Below are positions 1-9,970 of a stretch of 24,000 nucleotides of DNA, one piece after another. A model generated the notes under the pieces. It was given only the letters and a program-made list of their open reading frames with translations, did no database searches and was not told the DNA's origin. Position numbers and translations under genes: made by a program. Within the stretch, counting starts at the first letter, position 1. Every line of letters starts with the position of its first letter. Source of the DNA: Negativicutes bacterium (GTDB lineage Bacteria > Bacillota > Negativicutes > SG130); assembly GCA_963667825.1 (NCBI GenBank), contig OY764022.1, positions 360,715-384,714 of the forward strand, given 5' to 3'.

Positions 1-1089
1 CTCCGGGTTGACGTTTTCACCGCTGATCTGAGCAAACTCTTTCAGCAACTCTTTTTGTCGGTCCGTAAGCTTTTGCGGCGTCAGCACCTTAACCCTGACG
101 TGTTGGTCGCCGCGTCCATTGCCGCGCAGAAAAGGAATCCCTTTTCCCTTCAACCGAAAGACGGTTCCCGACTGCGTCGCTTCCGGCACCTTCAGGCTAA
201 CGTTTCCATCAAGCGTCGGCACCTGGATCTCATCGCCGAGCGTTGCCTGCACAAAACTGATCGGCACTTCGCAGATGACCTCATTGCCCTCACGCGAAAA
301 CAACGCGTGTTTCTTGACATATAAATATACATACAAATCGCCGGGCGGACCACCGCGCATTCCCGCTTCCCCTTCACGCGAGATGCGTAAACGCGAGCCA
401 TTGTCAACGCCGGCCGGAACCTTAACCTTAATTTTGCGTTTCACCTTAACCTTACCGCGGCCGCTGCAGTCCTTACAAGGCGTATGCACAATGCGTCCTT
501 CGCCATGGCAGCGATCGCAAACCCGCGCATTGACCATTCGGCCAAAAGGGGTATTCTGCACGACCTGCACCTGCCCCGTTCCCTTACATTGAGGACAAGT
601 TTCCGGCTGCGTCCCCGCCGCGGCTCCAGTGCCGCTACAGGTCTTGCAATCCTCCGTCCGCGGAATTTGCACTTCTGTTTCAACGCCAAAGGCAGCCTGC
701 TCAAAAGTGATTTCCATATCAAAACGCAGGTCAGAGCCCTGCTCCGGTCCCGGTTGTCGCCGACCGCCAAAACCGCCGCCGCCGCCAAAAAACATATCGA
801 AAATATCGTTAAATCCACCGCCAAAATCGCCGCTGAATCCGCCCTGACCGCCGCCGGAGCCGTCAAAAGCGGCATGGCCAAACTGGTCGTATTGCGCGCG
901 CCGATCCGCATTAGATAGCACTTCATACGCTTCATTGATTTCTTTAAATTTTTCTTCCGCCTCTTTCGGGTTTTCGCGATTCATATCCGGATGATATTTA
1001 CGCGCCTGCTTGCGGAACGCCTTTTTTATCTCATCTTCCGAGGCGGACTTACTCACACCAAGCAATTCATAATAATCACGTTTACTCAC
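1..1089 (-). CDS. dnaJ: Molecular chaperone DnaJ (Hsp40), 3' end cut by window edge
   Basis: Absent from the ORF track because no stop lies in the window. Manual reverse-strand translation from GTG at 1089 gives [35 protein letters not shown] (J domain with HPD). This is followed by a Gly/Phe-rich linker and four CxxCxGxG zinc-finger repeats ([32 protein letters not shown]). The frame stays open to base 1 (363 codons). It lies downstream of dnaK. Confidence 0.95.
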   Translation of the reverse strand, partial: MSKRDYYELLGVSKSASEDEIKKAFRKQARKYHPDMNRENPKEAEEKFKEINEAYEVLSNADRRAQYDQFGHAAFDGSGGGQGGFSGDFGGGFNDIFDMFFGGGGGFGGRRQPGPEQGSDLRFDMEITFEQAAFGVETEVQIPRTEDCKTCSGTGAAAGTQPETCPQCKGTGQVQVVQNTPFGRMVNARVCDRCHGEGRIVHTPCKDCSGRGKVKVKRKIKVKVPAGVDNGSRLRISREGEAGMRGGPPGDLYVYLYVKKHALFSREGNEVICEVPISFVQATLGDEIQVPTLDGNVSLKVPEATQSGTVFRLKGKGIPFLRGNGRGDQHVRVKVLTPQKLTDRQKELLKEFAQISGENVNPE

Positions 1090-1135
1090 GTCTGCACCAT
1101 CCTACAGAAATAGTCTTCATGCCTAAGCTTGTCTA

Positions 1136-1164
1136 ATAATAAGATAATATCATATTTTTAGCAA
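1136..1164 (-). promoter_or_regulatory. Candidate sigma-A type internal promoter for dnaJ
   Basis: On the minus strand: TTGCTA (1164-1159), a 17-nt spacer, then TATTAT (1141-1136), in the AT-rich dnaK-dnaJ gap downstream of the dnaK hairpin. Motif match only. Confidence 0.3.
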
Positions 1165-1182
1165 GTCGCCAGACATAAATCA

Positions 1183-1220
1183 TAAAATAAGGTTTGGCAG
1201 GGAGTATCGTCCCTGCCAAA
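1183..1220 (-). terminator. Intrinsic terminator/attenuator hairpin after dnaK
   Basis: An 11-bp perfect stem, tttggcaggga (1193-1203) / tccctgccaaa (1210-1220), with a 6-nt loop. On the minus strand it is followed by ccttatttta (a moderate U-tract). It begins 17 nt after the dnaK stop. Confidence 0.6.
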
Positions 1221-1236
1221 CGCTGCACACTATCGC

Positions 1237-3090
1237 TTATTTCTTGTCCTCATCCACTACTTTGTACTCGGCATCAACCACTTTTTCGTCTTTCTTCGTG
1301 CCCGATTCCTGGCCGTGCGCATGCGCTTCCGCGCCATGCTCAGGCTGACCTTCGGCACCTTGTTGGTTGTATACCGCGCTGGTCATTTCGTACAAAGGCT
1401 GTGTCAGCGCTTCGGTGTCCGCCTTGATTTTTTCATTGTCCGTGCCTTTTAAGCTTTCTTTCAAGGTTTCAATCCCTGCTTTGACCTTTTCAAGCAAAGC
1501 GGCATCCGCTTTATCGCCCATGTCTTTTACGGTTTTTTCCGCTTGGTAGACCAGCGAGTCTGCATTGTTTCGTACTTCTACCTCTTCTTTGCGCTTCTTG
1601 TCTTCCGCCGCATGCGCTTCGGCATCCTTGACCATACGTTCGATGTCATCCTTGTTCATGCCGCCGGAAGACGTGATCGTAATTTTCTGTTCCTTGCCGG
1701 TGCCCAGATCCTTCGCCGAAACGTGAACGATGCCGTTGGCGTCAATATCAAAGCTGACTTCGATCTTAGGAATGCCGCGCGGTGCAGGAGGGATATCATT
1801 CAACTGGAAACGGCCCAGCGTCTTGTTGTACGATGCCATTTCACGTTCGCCTTGCAGCACGTGAATGTCCACCGAAGTTTGATTGTCCGCAGCGGTCGAG
1901 AAAACCTGGCTCTTCGAGGTCGGAATCGTCGTGTTGCGTTCAATGATCTTCGTGCACACGCCGCCCAAGGTCTCAATGCCCAGCGACAGAGGCGTTACGT
2001 CAAGCAGCAAAACGTCCTTGACTTCACCGACTAATACGCCGGCTTGAATCGCTGCGCCAACCGCCACGCACTCGTCCGGATTTACGCCGCGATGCGGCTC
2101 TTTGCCCATTGCTTTTTTGATTGCTTCCTGTACCGCCGGAATTCGGGTCGAACCGCCGACCAGAATCACCTTGTCAATATCTTTCGGGCTCAGTCCCGCA
2201 TCGCTCATCGCTTGGCGAGTCGGCCCCATCGTACCTTCGACCAGGTCAGCCGTCAGTTCGTCGAATTTAGCCCGGCTCAACGTAACGTCCAAATGCTTGG
2301 GTCCCGTTTGATCTGCCGTTACGAACGGCAGGTTTATATTGGTCGTCAAAACGCCCGATAACTCGATCTTCGCTTTTTCAGCCGCTTCGCGCAAACGCTG
2401 CATTGCCATGCGATCGCCGGACAGGTCGATACCGTTTTCTTTTTTGAACTCCGCTACCAACCAGTTCATGACGCGTTCGTCGAAATCATCGCCGCCCAGT
2501 CGATTGTTGCCGCTGGTCGCTTTTACTTCGAATACGCCGTCGCCAAGTTCCAAAATAGAAACGTCGAACGTGCCGCCGCCCAAGTCGAATACCAAAATCG
2601 TATGATCTTCGCCTTTGTCCATGCCATAGGCAAGCGAAGCCGCAGTCGGTTCATTGATGATGCGCAAGACTTCAAGTCCGGCAATGACGCCGGCATCTTT
2701 CGTGGCCTGACGCTGACTGTCATTGAAATAAGCCGGAACCGTAATGACGGCTTGCGTTACCGACTCGCCCAGATACGCTTCGGCGTCGGTCTTCAGTTTC
2801 TGCAGAATCATCGCGGAAATTTCCGGCGCACTATATCCCTTACCTTCAATTGTCACTTTATAGTCGGTTCCCATGTGGCGTTTGATCGAGCTGACAGTAC
2901 CATCGGTGTTAGAAACTGCTTGACGCTTCGCCAGCTGGCCAACCAGGCGTTCGCCGGTTTTCGAAAAACCGACAACGGACGGAGTGATGCGGCTGCCTTC
3001 CGCATTAGCGATAACAACCGGCTCGCCGCCTTCCATCACCGCTACGCAGGAATTCGTCGTTCCCAAATCTATACCAATTACTTTACCCAT
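1237..3090 (-). CDS. dnaK: Molecular chaperone DnaK (Hsp70)
   Basis: [18 protein letters not shown]..., [10 protein letters not shown] and VGGSTRIP are Hsp70 signatures. The track ORF starts at 3096 (MNMGK), but the SD GAGGAGG (3104-3098) is only 1 nt from that ATG and 7 nt from the ATG at 3090, so 3090 is preferred. Confidence 0.97.
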   Translation of the reverse strand: MGKVIGIDLGTTNSCVAVMEGGEPVVIANAEGSRITPSVVGFSKTGERLVGQLAKRQAVSNTDGTVSSIKRHMGTDYKVTIEGKGYSAPEISAMILQKLKTDAEAYLGESVTQAVITVPAYFNDSQRQATKDAGVIAGLEVLRIINEPTAASLAYGMDKGEDHTILVFDLGGGTFDVSILELGDGVFEVKATSGNNRLGGDDFDERVMNWLVAEFKKENGIDLSGDRMAMQRLREAAEKAKIELSGVLTTNINLPFVTADQTGPKHLDVTLSRAKFDELTADLVEGTMGPTRQAMSDAGLSPKDIDKVILVGGSTRIPAVQEAIKKAMGKEPHRGVNPDECVAVGAAIQAGVLVGEVKDVLLLDVTPLSLGIETLGGVCTKIIERNTTIPTSKSQVFSTAADNQTSVDIHVLQGEREMASYNKTLGRFQLNDIPPAPRGIPKIEVSFDIDANGIVHVSAKDLGTGKEQKITITSSGGMNKDDIERMVKDAEAHAAEDKKRKEEVEVRNNADSLVYQAEKTVKDMGDKADAALLEKVKAGIETLKESLKGTDNEKIKADTEALTQPLYEMTSAVYNQQGAEGQPEHGAEAHAHGQESGTKKDEKVVDAEYKVVDEDKK

Positions 3091-3159
3091 GTTCATTCCT
3101 CCTCAAAATTAAGCCTATGTATTTTGAACAGTTTTTGCAGACTGTCAACCGCCTTATTC

Positions 3160-3726
3160 TTAGCCTACCACTTTTACCATGCTCGGACGGATCACTTTGC
3201 CGGCTACGGCATAGCCTTTCTGGAACTCTTCCAGAATGATCCCCGCTTCCTGGCTCTCATCGGCAACCTGCATAACGGCTTCATGCTTTTGCGGGTCAAA
3301 AGCGGTTCCCACGGCTTCCACCGGAGTCAATCCCGCTTTTTCAAGCGTCTGCGCCAATTGACGGTAGATCATCTCGATTCCCGTCAACAGGTTGGCAGCA
3401 TCCTGATTGCCTGCCGCCGCCATCGCTCTTTCAAAATTATCAACGACCGGCAAGAGATCTAAAATCAGATTTTGCGTCACAAAAGCTGACATTTCCTCTT
3501 TTTCCTGTCTTGTCCGGCGACGAAAATTTTCAAAATCCGCTTGCAGGCGTTTATAGTGATTCACTTGTTCATCAAGCAAACGTTGTTTTTCAGCGACCTC
3601 CAGCGTCAGTTCTTCAACGCCCGAATCAATCTTTTCTTCAACTGCCGCCTGTTGTTCATCCACTAAACCAACTGTTTCTTCCATCGCTTTCGCTTCTTCC
3701 ATTTTCTTTTTTGTCAACTGTTCCAC
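3160..3726 (-). CDS. grpE: Nucleotide exchange factor GrpE
   Basis: Size is ~188 aa. The central coiled-coil region contains RLQADFENFRRRT (GrpE hallmark), and the C-terminal part has FDP..HEA and a beta-domain. It sits immediately upstream of dnaK. The start is uncertain: GTG 3726, TTG 3717 (better spacing to GAGGTG) or ATG 3702. Confidence 0.93.
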   Translation of the reverse strand: MEQLTKKKMEEAKAMEETVGLVDEQQAAVEEKIDSGVEELTLEVAEKQRLLDEQVNHYKRLQADFENFRRRTRQEKEEMSAFVTQNLILDLLPVVDNFERAMAAAGNQDAANLLTGIEMIYRQLAQTLEKAGLTPVEAVGTAFDPQKHEAVMQVADESQEAGIILEEFQKGYAVAGKVIRPSMVKVVG

Positions 3727-3768
3727 CTCGTTTATGGGTCCTTCACCCTTATCTGCTCACTCTCTCAA

Positions 3769-5358
3769 TCAGAAATCCGGCATACCGGACTCCGCATTCG
3801 GAGCCGGATTCGCTCCGGAAGTCTCATCTCGCTTCTTGATGATGGTGTCGATACGCAAGATCGCGATCGCCACCTCACCGGCCGCCTTAATCGCATGCAA
3901 TTTCACCAGCGCCGGGTCAACGACGCCATTTTCCAGCATATCGACGACCACCCCGCTGTCGCAGTCGATGCCAAGAGAATCCTTCTGCTGTTCAAGCTGC
4001 GCCAGCACGACTTCTTCGACTTTCTCCAGCGGATTATAGCCTGCATTTTCAACAATCTGCTCCAGCGGGCAGCGCAGCGCACTGGCCACACAATCGACGC
4101 CGTAAGTAGACATGCCTTTCAGACCGTCACGACTAGCCGCCACTTCACGGCTAATGGCAATTTCAAGCGAACCGCCGCCAGGCACATAACCGCCTTTTAT
4201 CGCCGCCTGAACGCTCGATGCCGCATCTTTGGCGATCCGTTCCCGTTCTCCGACGACCTCTGCCGTCGATGCGCCGACCAGAATCGTCGCCATCGGTTTT
4301 CCCGAACCGCCCAGCAGGCGGATATGATTGAGCTTTTCATCTTCAAATATCGCATCGGCCATGCCTAGATATCTTGCAATATCGCAGGCGTCTTTCTTTA
4401 AGCCAGTTCGCTTGATCATCCTTGCGCCAACATGCTCCGCCGCCCGACGTAAATCTTTGTTTGCAACGCGCTGCACGACAAGAATGCCGGCATCCGCCAA
4501 CAATTCGTCCGCCGAATCATGCACGCCGCGATCCACCAAAACCACTTTGACGCCCAGCTCGATAATCTTTTGCAGATTGGTTTTAAACTCATCTTGCAGA
4601 TCCACATAGCGTTTAAATCCGGCTTCGGTGCTGAGCGCTTCGCCGCCGATTTCTTCCGGCTCGAGCGCATCGTCAATGACCAGCACCTTCGCTTGCGTCA
4701 CCCGTTTCGGCATTTCCTGGTTCATCCGCTCGCGGTCGACAATGACGCCCATAAAGACCTCATTCGCAGCGCCTTCCTGCGCAATAATCGTATCCGAGAG
4801 CTTAAAATGATCTTCCGCCAACTTATCGCGGCCGATCAATTCCGCCGCTTTAACGACAAGTTCCGCAATGTCTTGATATTCGCGCCCGGCAATCATCGCA
4901 ACATTATGCAAAACCGGCTCCGTCAAATCGTGTACCTGACGCGAGCGCGCCTTGACTTGCTCGAGCGCCTTGGCCACGCCGTAGCGAACCCCTTCAATCA
5001 CTTTCGCAACCGGCACGCCGCGTAAGACCTGATTGACGCCTTCAGAAACCAGACCGCCGGCCATGATCGTCGCCGTAGTCGTTCCGTCACCGACTTCCGC
5101 CTGTTGCGCCTTGGCGATATTAATCAACATCTTGGCCGCCGGATGGTTCACATCCATCTTGTCGAGGATCGTAACGCCGTCATTGGTAATAACGACTTCG
5201 CCAAACCGATCCACCAGCATCGTATCCAAGCCTTTAGGGCCGATCGTTCCTTCCACAGCCGCCGTAATCGCGCGGACCGCATTCGCATTCGTCAGTAGAG
5301 CCGCCATACGTTCATCTACGTCGGCGCCGCCCCCTGCCTGTTTCAGGTTCACGGACAT
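3769..5358 (-). CDS. Thermosome/CCT-like (group II / 'group III' archaeal-type) chaperonin, Cpn60/TCP-1 family
   Basis: The 529-aa ORF carries group II-type signatures: GPKGLDTML (thermosome GPKGxDKML), ITNDGVTIL (GroEL has TKDGVTVA), [13 protein letters not shown] (ATP-binding GDGTT), GYVPGGGS (VPGGG), and an apical-domain insertion [29 protein letters not shown] at the position of the built-in lid. There is no GGM C-terminal repeat and no groES-like ORF next to it. The ATG at 5358 is only 10 nt after the hrcA stop, with AGGAGGG between them. Confidence 0.9.
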   Translation of the reverse strand: MSVNLKQAGGGADVDERMAALLTNANAVRAITAAVEGTIGPKGLDTMLVDRFGEVVITNDGVTILDKMDVNHPAAKMLINIAKAQQAEVGDGTTTATIMAGGLVSEGVNQVLRGVPVAKVIEGVRYGVAKALEQVKARSRQVHDLTEPVLHNVAMIAGREYQDIAELVVKAAELIGRDKLAEDHFKLSDTIIAQEGAANEVFMGVIVDRERMNQEMPKRVTQAKVLVIDDALEPEEIGGEALSTEAGFKRYVDLQDEFKTNLQKIIELGVKVVLVDRGVHDSADELLADAGILVVQRVANKDLRRAAEHVGARMIKRTGLKKDACDIARYLGMADAIFEDEKLNHIRLLGGSGKPMATILVGASTAEVVGERERIAKDAASSVQAAIKGGYVPGGGSLEIAISREVAASRDGLKGMSTYGVDCVASALRCPLEQIVENAGYNPLEKVEEVVLAQLEQQKDSLGIDCDSGVVVDMLENGVVDPALVKLHAIKAAGEVAIAILRIDTIIKKRDETSGANPAPNAESGMPDF

Positions 5359-5368
5359 CCCTCCTTGC

Positions 5369-6406
5369 TTATGCTTTATAATCCTTTAGCATTTCTTCCA
5401 AATGCGTATGCACATAATCCATGATCGACATGATTTTTCCATAATCCATCCGTGTCGGACCAAGAACCGCCACCGAGCCGACTACCTGTCCGCCAATGCG
5501 GTATGTAGCCTGCACCATGCTGCAATCCTGGATGCCGCGGTAACTGTTTTCTTCACCGATGGTAACCACTACGCCGCTGTCCGTTTCTTGCTGACGCTGC
5601 TGCAACAAATCGCAGAGAAGAGGTTCTTCTTCCAACATGTCAAGCAACGTTCGCACCTTCTCGAGGTTACGAAACTCGGGCTGATTCAAAAGCTGCGTCG
5701 TCCCGCCCAGATAGACGCGGTCTTGTTTTTCGCCACGCAGCGCTTGTCGGATAACCTTCATCGCGTCATCAACGACCTTGGCCTCCGCCAGCAGATCTTC
5801 CTTAATTTCACGCAGGATCGAGGATTCAATTTGCTCGAGTGAAAGACCCGACAGCCTTTGGTTCATCATATTGGCCAAGCGCTGCAAGTCTTCGACCCGC
5901 ATACCTTGCGGCAAATCAATCACTTTGTTTTCAACCATGCCGGTATCGGTAACAATCAGTAAGATGGCCCTCGTCTCATCAAACGGCATAAACTGTAAAT
6001 ACTTAAAGTTGCATTGCCCAAACTGCGGCGCCAGAACTAAGGATATGTTTCGCGTCATGCGCGACAATAAGCGCGCGGTTTCTTGAAACACCTCATCCAG
6101 TCGTCTCGCCTTCGCCTGATACCAGTTTTTGACCAGCGTGACTTCCTTATCTGATATTTGCGTCGGCGCCAGCAGCGAATCGACATAGAAGCGATAGCCC
6201 TTACCGGAAGGAATCCGGCCTGAAGAGGTGTGCAACTGCTCGAGGTAACCCAATAGTTCCAAGTCAGCCATTTCGTTGCGGATCGTAGCCGGGCTGACGC
6301 CCAAATCATACTTTCGCGCAATGGTCCGTGAGCCGATGGGTTCTGCCGTAGAAATATAATCATCTACAATCGCATGCAAAATGATTTTTTTTCGTTTATC
6401 CAGCAT
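5369..6406 (-). CDS. hrcA: Heat-inducible transcription repressor HrcA
   Basis: [33 protein letters not shown]... is a winged-helix N-terminus typical of HrcA. Size is 345 aa. SD GGAGGTG lies 7 nt upstream. A perfect CIRCE operator sits in its 5' leader. It has the canonical first position in the hrcA-grpE-dnaK operon. Confidence 0.95.
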   Translation of the reverse strand: MLDKRKKIILHAIVDDYISTAEPIGSRTIARKYDLGVSPATIRNEMADLELLGYLEQLHTSSGRIPSGKGYRFYVDSLLAPTQISDKEVTLVKNWYQAKARRLDEVFQETARLLSRMTRNISLVLAPQFGQCNFKYLQFMPFDETRAILLIVTDTGMVENKVIDLPQGMRVEDLQRLANMMNQRLSGLSLEQIESSILREIKEDLLAEAKVVDDAMKVIRQALRGEKQDRVYLGGTTQLLNQPEFRNLEKVRTLLDMLEEEPLLCDLLQQRQQETDSGVVVTIGEENSYRGIQDCSMVQATYRIGGQVVGSVAVLGPTRMDYGKIMSIMDYVHTHLEEMLKDYKA

Positions 6407-6425
6407 CGTACAGCACCTCCTGTTG

Positions 6426-6452
6426 TTAGCACTCTTCGTTATAGAGTGCTAA
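6426..6452 (-). promoter_or_regulatory. CIRCE operator (HrcA binding site)
   Basis: TTAGCACTC-ttcgttata-GAGTGCTAA is a perfect match to the CIRCE consensus TTAGCACTC-N9-GAGTGCTAA. It lies between the candidate promoter and the hrcA SD. Confidence 0.95.
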
Positions 6453-6463
6453 CACCTACTAAC

Positions 6464-6492
6464 AAAATACCACTCCAGCCCGCCGCTGTCAA
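6464..6492 (-). promoter_or_regulatory. Sigma-A type promoter of the hrcA heat-shock operon
   Basis: On the minus strand: TTGACA (6492-6487), a 17-nt spacer, then TATTTT (6469-6464), directly upstream of CIRCE. Confidence 0.6.
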
Positions 6493-6500
6493 GCCGAAAC

Positions 6501-7643
6501 CTATTCCGGCAAAAATTCTTCAAACACCTGATTCCCGAATTGCATTCCGCGTTCAGTAAGACAGATTCTTCCGGCTGCGTGACGCACCAAGTCTTTTTCG
6601 ATCAACTCTGCGGTCACCTGGCCGTAAATATCGTCGAAGACCACGCTGAAGCGGCGCGTAAATTCGGCGGTTTCCAAGCCGTCGGCCGTGCGCAGCGCCA
6701 AAAAGACAAACTCCGCCATCGCCGTCCAAACATCGCTTTCTTCACATTCGACGCGCGGCGATCCGCCGCGCGAGACAATTTCGATATACTCGTGCACATC
6801 CTGCGTATTCGCCAAGCGCCGCCCCTCCAAAAAGGAATGTGCGGCCACGCCCAAGCCAAGATACGGCTGGTATCTCCAGTAACGAAGATTGTGCCGGCTC
6901 TCATAGCCGCGCTTCGCATAATTAGAAATCTCATAACGACGAAAGCCTGCGCTTGGCAGAAACTCATTCACGAATTGATACATCTGCACTTCCACGTCTT
7001 CATCCGGCAGTTCCAATTTCCCCTGCTTTTCCAGATAGAAAAACGGCGTGTTTTCTTCCACTTTTAAACCGTAGACGGAAACATGCGTCACATCGAGTTC
7101 CAGCGCCTGCGTCAGACTTTCTTTCAAAGATTCAAATGTCTGGTGCGGCAGACCGTACATTAAATCGAGACTTACATTGCTAACCCCCGCCACTTTTGCC
7201 GCCTGCAATGCGCCAATCGCCTCTTCGCTGCGATGAATGCGTCCGCAGGCCTCGAGAACAGCGTCATCAAAGCTTTGCACGCCAAAACTCAGGCGATTCA
7301 CGCCATAGCTGCGCAACAGCGCCATTTTTTCCGCATCCGCAGTGCCGGGGTTGACTTCCATTGTGACTTCCGCCTCAGGCAACAGTGAAAAAGACTTCTT
7401 CACCTGCGACAGCAGGCGCTCCAAACATTCGATCGGCAAAGCCGTCGGCGTACCGCCGCCAAAATAAACCGTACTCACTTGAACGCCATCTTTCGCCAGC
7501 GCCGCGCCTTCTTTGCCGATTTCCTGAAGCAAGGCGTCGGTATAAGACCAAAAGAGATCCGTCATATTGTCATAGGAAGTAAAATCGCAATACAGACACT
7601 TTTGCACACAGAACGGCACATGGATATATAGGCCGATTTCCAT
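6501..7643 (-). CDS. hemW: Radical SAM heme chaperone HemW / oxygen-independent coproporphyrinogen-III oxidase-like (HemN family)
   Basis: LYIHVPFCVQKCLYCDF contains the CxxxCxxC radical-SAM motif. Size is 380 aa. It has the conserved position between lepA and hrcA, as in Bacillus. SD GAGGAGG lies upstream. Confidence 0.9.
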   Translation of the reverse strand: MEIGLYIHVPFCVQKCLYCDFTSYDNMTDLFWSYTDALLQEIGKEGAALAKDGVQVSTVYFGGGTPTALPIECLERLLSQVKKSFSLLPEAEVTMEVNPGTADAEKMALLRSYGVNRLSFGVQSFDDAVLEACGRIHRSEEAIGALQAAKVAGVSNVSLDLMYGLPHQTFESLKESLTQALELDVTHVSVYGLKVEENTPFFYLEKQGKLELPDEDVEVQMYQFVNEFLPSAGFRRYEISNYAKRGYESRHNLRYWRYQPYLGLGVAAHSFLEGRRLANTQDVHEYIEIVSRGGSPRVECEESDVWTAMAEFVFLALRTADGLETAEFTRRFSVVFDDIYGQVTAELIEKDLVRHAAGRICLTERGMQFGNQVFEEFLPE

Positions 7644-7676
7644 AAACCCGCCTCCTCACTTTACACTCTTTCTTTT

Positions 7677-7716
7677 GACAAAACAAAGGCAGAAAGCGAC
7701 CGCGCTCTCTGCCTTT
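7677..7716 (-). terminator. Hairpin terminator/attenuator after lepA
   Basis: Stem aaaggcaga (7685-7693) / tctgccttt (7708-7716) has an inner extension (agcg/cgct). On the minus strand it is followed by gttttg. It starts 4 nt after the lepA stop. Confidence 0.55.
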
Positions 7717-7719
7717 GCC

Positions 7720-9516
7720 TCAGTCAACCCGTAAAATCGCCATGAAGGCTTCCTGAGGCACTTCAACGTTCCCCACTTGCTTCATTCGTTTCTTACCTTC
7801 TTTTTGCTTCTCGAGCAATTTGCGTTTGCGGCTGATATCGCCGCCATAGCATTTGGCAAGTACGTCCTTGCGCATCGCGCGCACCGTTTCCCTTGCAATG
7901 ACCTTGTTGCCAATCGCAGCTTGGATCGGCACTTCAAACATTTGCCGCGGAATAATTTCTTTCAGCTTTTCCGCCAACAAGCGTCCACGATACTGTGCCT
8001 TATCCTGATGCACGATAATCGACAGCGCATCCACCGGTTCGCTGTTAAGCAGGATATCCATCTTCACCAATTTTGAAGTCCGATAACCAATCACTTCATA
8101 GTCAAGCGATGCATAGCCGCGCGAAGATGACTTTAAGCGGTCAAAATAATCATAAATGATCTCGCTGAGCGGAATGTGATAGGTCAACGTTACGCGGTTC
8201 ACATCGAGATATTTCATGTCCTGGAATTCACCGCGTTTTTCTTGCGACAGTTCCATGACGACGCCGACGTAATCCTTAGGAACGATGATCGATGCATTAA
8301 CATAAGGCTCTTCAATATGATCGACGACTTGCGGTGCCGGCAAATGCGACGGATTGTCAAGCGTCAGTTCTTCGCCGTTCGTCTTGAAGACGCGATAAAT
8401 TACATTCGGCGCAGTAGTTATGAGATTCATGCCGTATTCGCGTTCGAGGCGTTCTTGGATGACTTCCATATGCAATAAGCCAAGGAAACCGCAGCGGAAA
8501 CCAAAGCCAAGCGCAACCGATGTTTCCGGTTCAAAGACCAGTGATGCATCATTAAGTTTCAGTTTCTCCAGCGCATCGCGCAGCAGGTCATATTCGCTGT
8601 TTTCCACCGGATAGAGACCGCAATAGACCATCGGAGTTATCTTCCGATAACCAGGCAACGGCTCGAGCGCCGGATTTTCAAGTTCCGTAATCGTATCGCC
8701 GACCCGCACGTCTTTGACGTTCTTGATGCTGGCGACAACAAACCCGACATGACCCGGTCCGAGTTCCGGCACAGTCGTCATATAGGGCTTGAACACCCCG
8801 ACTTCGGTCACTTCCACCTTTTTGTCGGTCGCCATCATATGGATCTTCATCCCGGGGCGAATCACACCATCCATGACGCGCACATAGGCAATGACGCCTT
8901 TATACGCATCAAAATGCGAATCAAAGATCAGCGCGCGCAAAGACGCCGTCTCGCTGCCGACTGGCGGCGGGACCTTCTTGACAATGGCCTCTAAGACTTC
9001 TTCGATGCCGATGCCTGCTTTTGCACTGGTCAGCACCGCATCTGACGTATCGAGACCGATCACGTCTTCCACTTCCTGCTTTACCCGCTCCGGCTCCGCG
9101 CTCGGCAGATCGATCTTATTAATGACCGGAATAATTTCCAGGTCATTTTCCAACGCCAGATACACATTGGCCAGCGTCTGCGCCTCAATGCCCTGCGCCG
9201 CGTCGACGACCAGCAAGGCACCTTCGCAGGCAGCCAAGCTGCGCGATACTTCATAAGTAAAATCGACATGCCCCGGAGTATCGATCAGATTCAATAAATA
9301 GGTATTGCCGTCTTTCGCCTTATAATCGAGACGAACCGCCTGCGCTTTGATCGTAATGCCGCGTTCGCGTTCAAGATCCATCTGATCCAGCACCTGGTTC
9401 TCCATTTCCCGCGCCGTCAATGCGCCGGTATATTCGAGCAAACGGTCGGCAAGCGTTGATTTGCCATGATCTATATGTGCAATGATTGAAAAGTTTCTAA
9501 TATATTCGGTAGTCAT
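7720..9516 (-). CDS. lepA: Translation elongation factor 4 (LepA / EF4)
   Basis: [25 protein letters not shown] (G1 AHxDHGKST), DTPGHVDF (G3) and NKID (G4), with a LepA-specific C-terminal domain. The true start is the ATG at 9516, with GGAAGGGAG upstream. This gives 598 aa, whereas the 728-aa track ORF is an upstream open-frame artefact. Confidence 0.95.
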   Translation of the reverse strand: MTTEYIRNFSIIAHIDHGKSTLADRLLEYTGALTAREMENQVLDQMDLERERGITIKAQAVRLDYKAKDGNTYLLNLIDTPGHVDFTYEVSRSLAACEGALLVVDAAQGIEAQTLANVYLALENDLEIIPVINKIDLPSAEPERVKQEVEDVIGLDTSDAVLTSAKAGIGIEEVLEAIVKKVPPPVGSETASLRALIFDSHFDAYKGVIAYVRVMDGVIRPGMKIHMMATDKKVEVTEVGVFKPYMTTVPELGPGHVGFVVASIKNVKDVRVGDTITELENPALEPLPGYRKITPMVYCGLYPVENSEYDLLRDALEKLKLNDASLVFEPETSVALGFGFRCGFLGLLHMEVIQERLEREYGMNLITTAPNVIYRVFKTNGEELTLDNPSHLPAPQVVDHIEEPYVNASIIVPKDYVGVVMELSQEKRGEFQDMKYLDVNRVTLTYHIPLSEIIYDYFDRLKSSSRGYASLDYEVIGYRTSKLVKMDILLNSEPVDALSIIVHQDKAQYRGRLLAEKLKEIIPRQMFEVPIQAAIGNKVIARETVRAMRKDVLAKCYGGDISRKRKLLEKQKEGKKRMKQVGNVEVPQEAFMAILRVD

Positions 9517-9560
9517 ATAAACTCCCTTCCTTGGCTTAACGTTGCTCTTGATTATATCAC

Positions 9561-9590
9561 CAGGCGACGCCGGGCCGCAATAGTTACAAA
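9561..9590 (-). promoter_or_regulatory. Candidate extended -10 promoter for lepA
   Basis: On the minus strand: TTGCGG (9590-9585), an 18-nt spacer, then TGaTATAAT (-10 at 9566-9561). Confidence 0.4.
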
Positions 9591-9618
9591 GCCACGCAAC
9601 AAAATTATCACTATCCTC

Positions 9619-9647
9619 TTGCAATTTTTGTCTGGTCATGCTAAAAT
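9619..9647 (+). promoter_or_regulatory. Candidate sigma-A promoter for rpsT
   Basis: TTGCAA (9619-9624), a 17-nt spacer, then TAAAAT (9642-9647), about 35 nt upstream of the rpsT start. Confidence 0.55.
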
Positions 9648-9682
9648 TCTCTAGGTAAAAGGTCTTTAAGGAGGTGAACGAG

Positions 9683-9949
9683 TTGCCGAATATTAAATCA
9701 TCAGAACGCAGTGTAAAAACCGATGCTGAGCGTCGCGCCAGAAATTTCGCAGTTAGATCGACGATCCGTACGTATTCCCGTAAGGTAGTTGAGGCAGTGG
9801 ATGCTGGCAGTGCGGATGAGGCCAAAGTCCTCCTGACTAAAGCCAGCAGTGTTATTGACAAAGCCGTCGCTAAAGGCGTTATCCATAAAAACACCGCCGC
9901 TCGCAAAAAAGCCCGCTTAGCACACCATGTAAATACGGTTGCGAAGTAA
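9683..9949 (+). CDS. rpsT: 30S ribosomal protein S20
   Basis: (L)[20 protein letters not shown]...[13 protein letters not shown] is typical of S20. A TTG start at 9683 sits 8 nt after AAGGAGG (9668-9674) and gives 88 aa. The GTG at 9674 in the track overlaps the SD. Confidence 0.93.
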   Translation: MPNIKSSERSVKTDAERRARNFAVRSTIRTYSRKVVEAVDAGSADEAKVLLTKASSVIDKAVAKGVIHKNTAARKKARLAHHVNTVAK

Positions 9950-9970
9950 GCTGCATAAGCTTGTATGATG

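Noticed and set aside
765-800. Short GCC/GCCGCC repeat run that looks like a tandem repeat
   Set aside because: It is the reverse complement of GGC codons encoding the poly-Gly stretch ([11 protein letters not shown]) of the DnaJ G/F region. It is not a repeat element.
441-935. Track ORFs 55-324, 119-592, 441-935, 484-918 and 629-847 at the left edge
   Set aside because: The real gene here is dnaJ on the minus strand, in a frame the track omitted because no stop lies in the window. These ORFs are off-frame shadows. The Pro/Gly-rich runs mirror the Gly/Phe linker of DnaJ.
3097-3159. Possible internal promoter between grpE and dnaK (TTGACA at about 3139-3144 on the minus strand)
   Set aside because: The only -10 candidate at 17-18 nt spacing is AAAATA/AAATAC, which is poor. 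No CIRCE copy is present. This is not enough evidence to call it.
9517-9906. 130-codon N-terminal extension of the lepA ORF (the track gives 728 aa), running antisense through rpsT
   Set aside because: The LepA G-domain begins right after the ATG at 9516, which has a good SD. The extension has no homology-like features and covers the rpsT promoter and coding region on the opposite strand. Canonical LepA is about 600 aa. It is an open-frame artefact.
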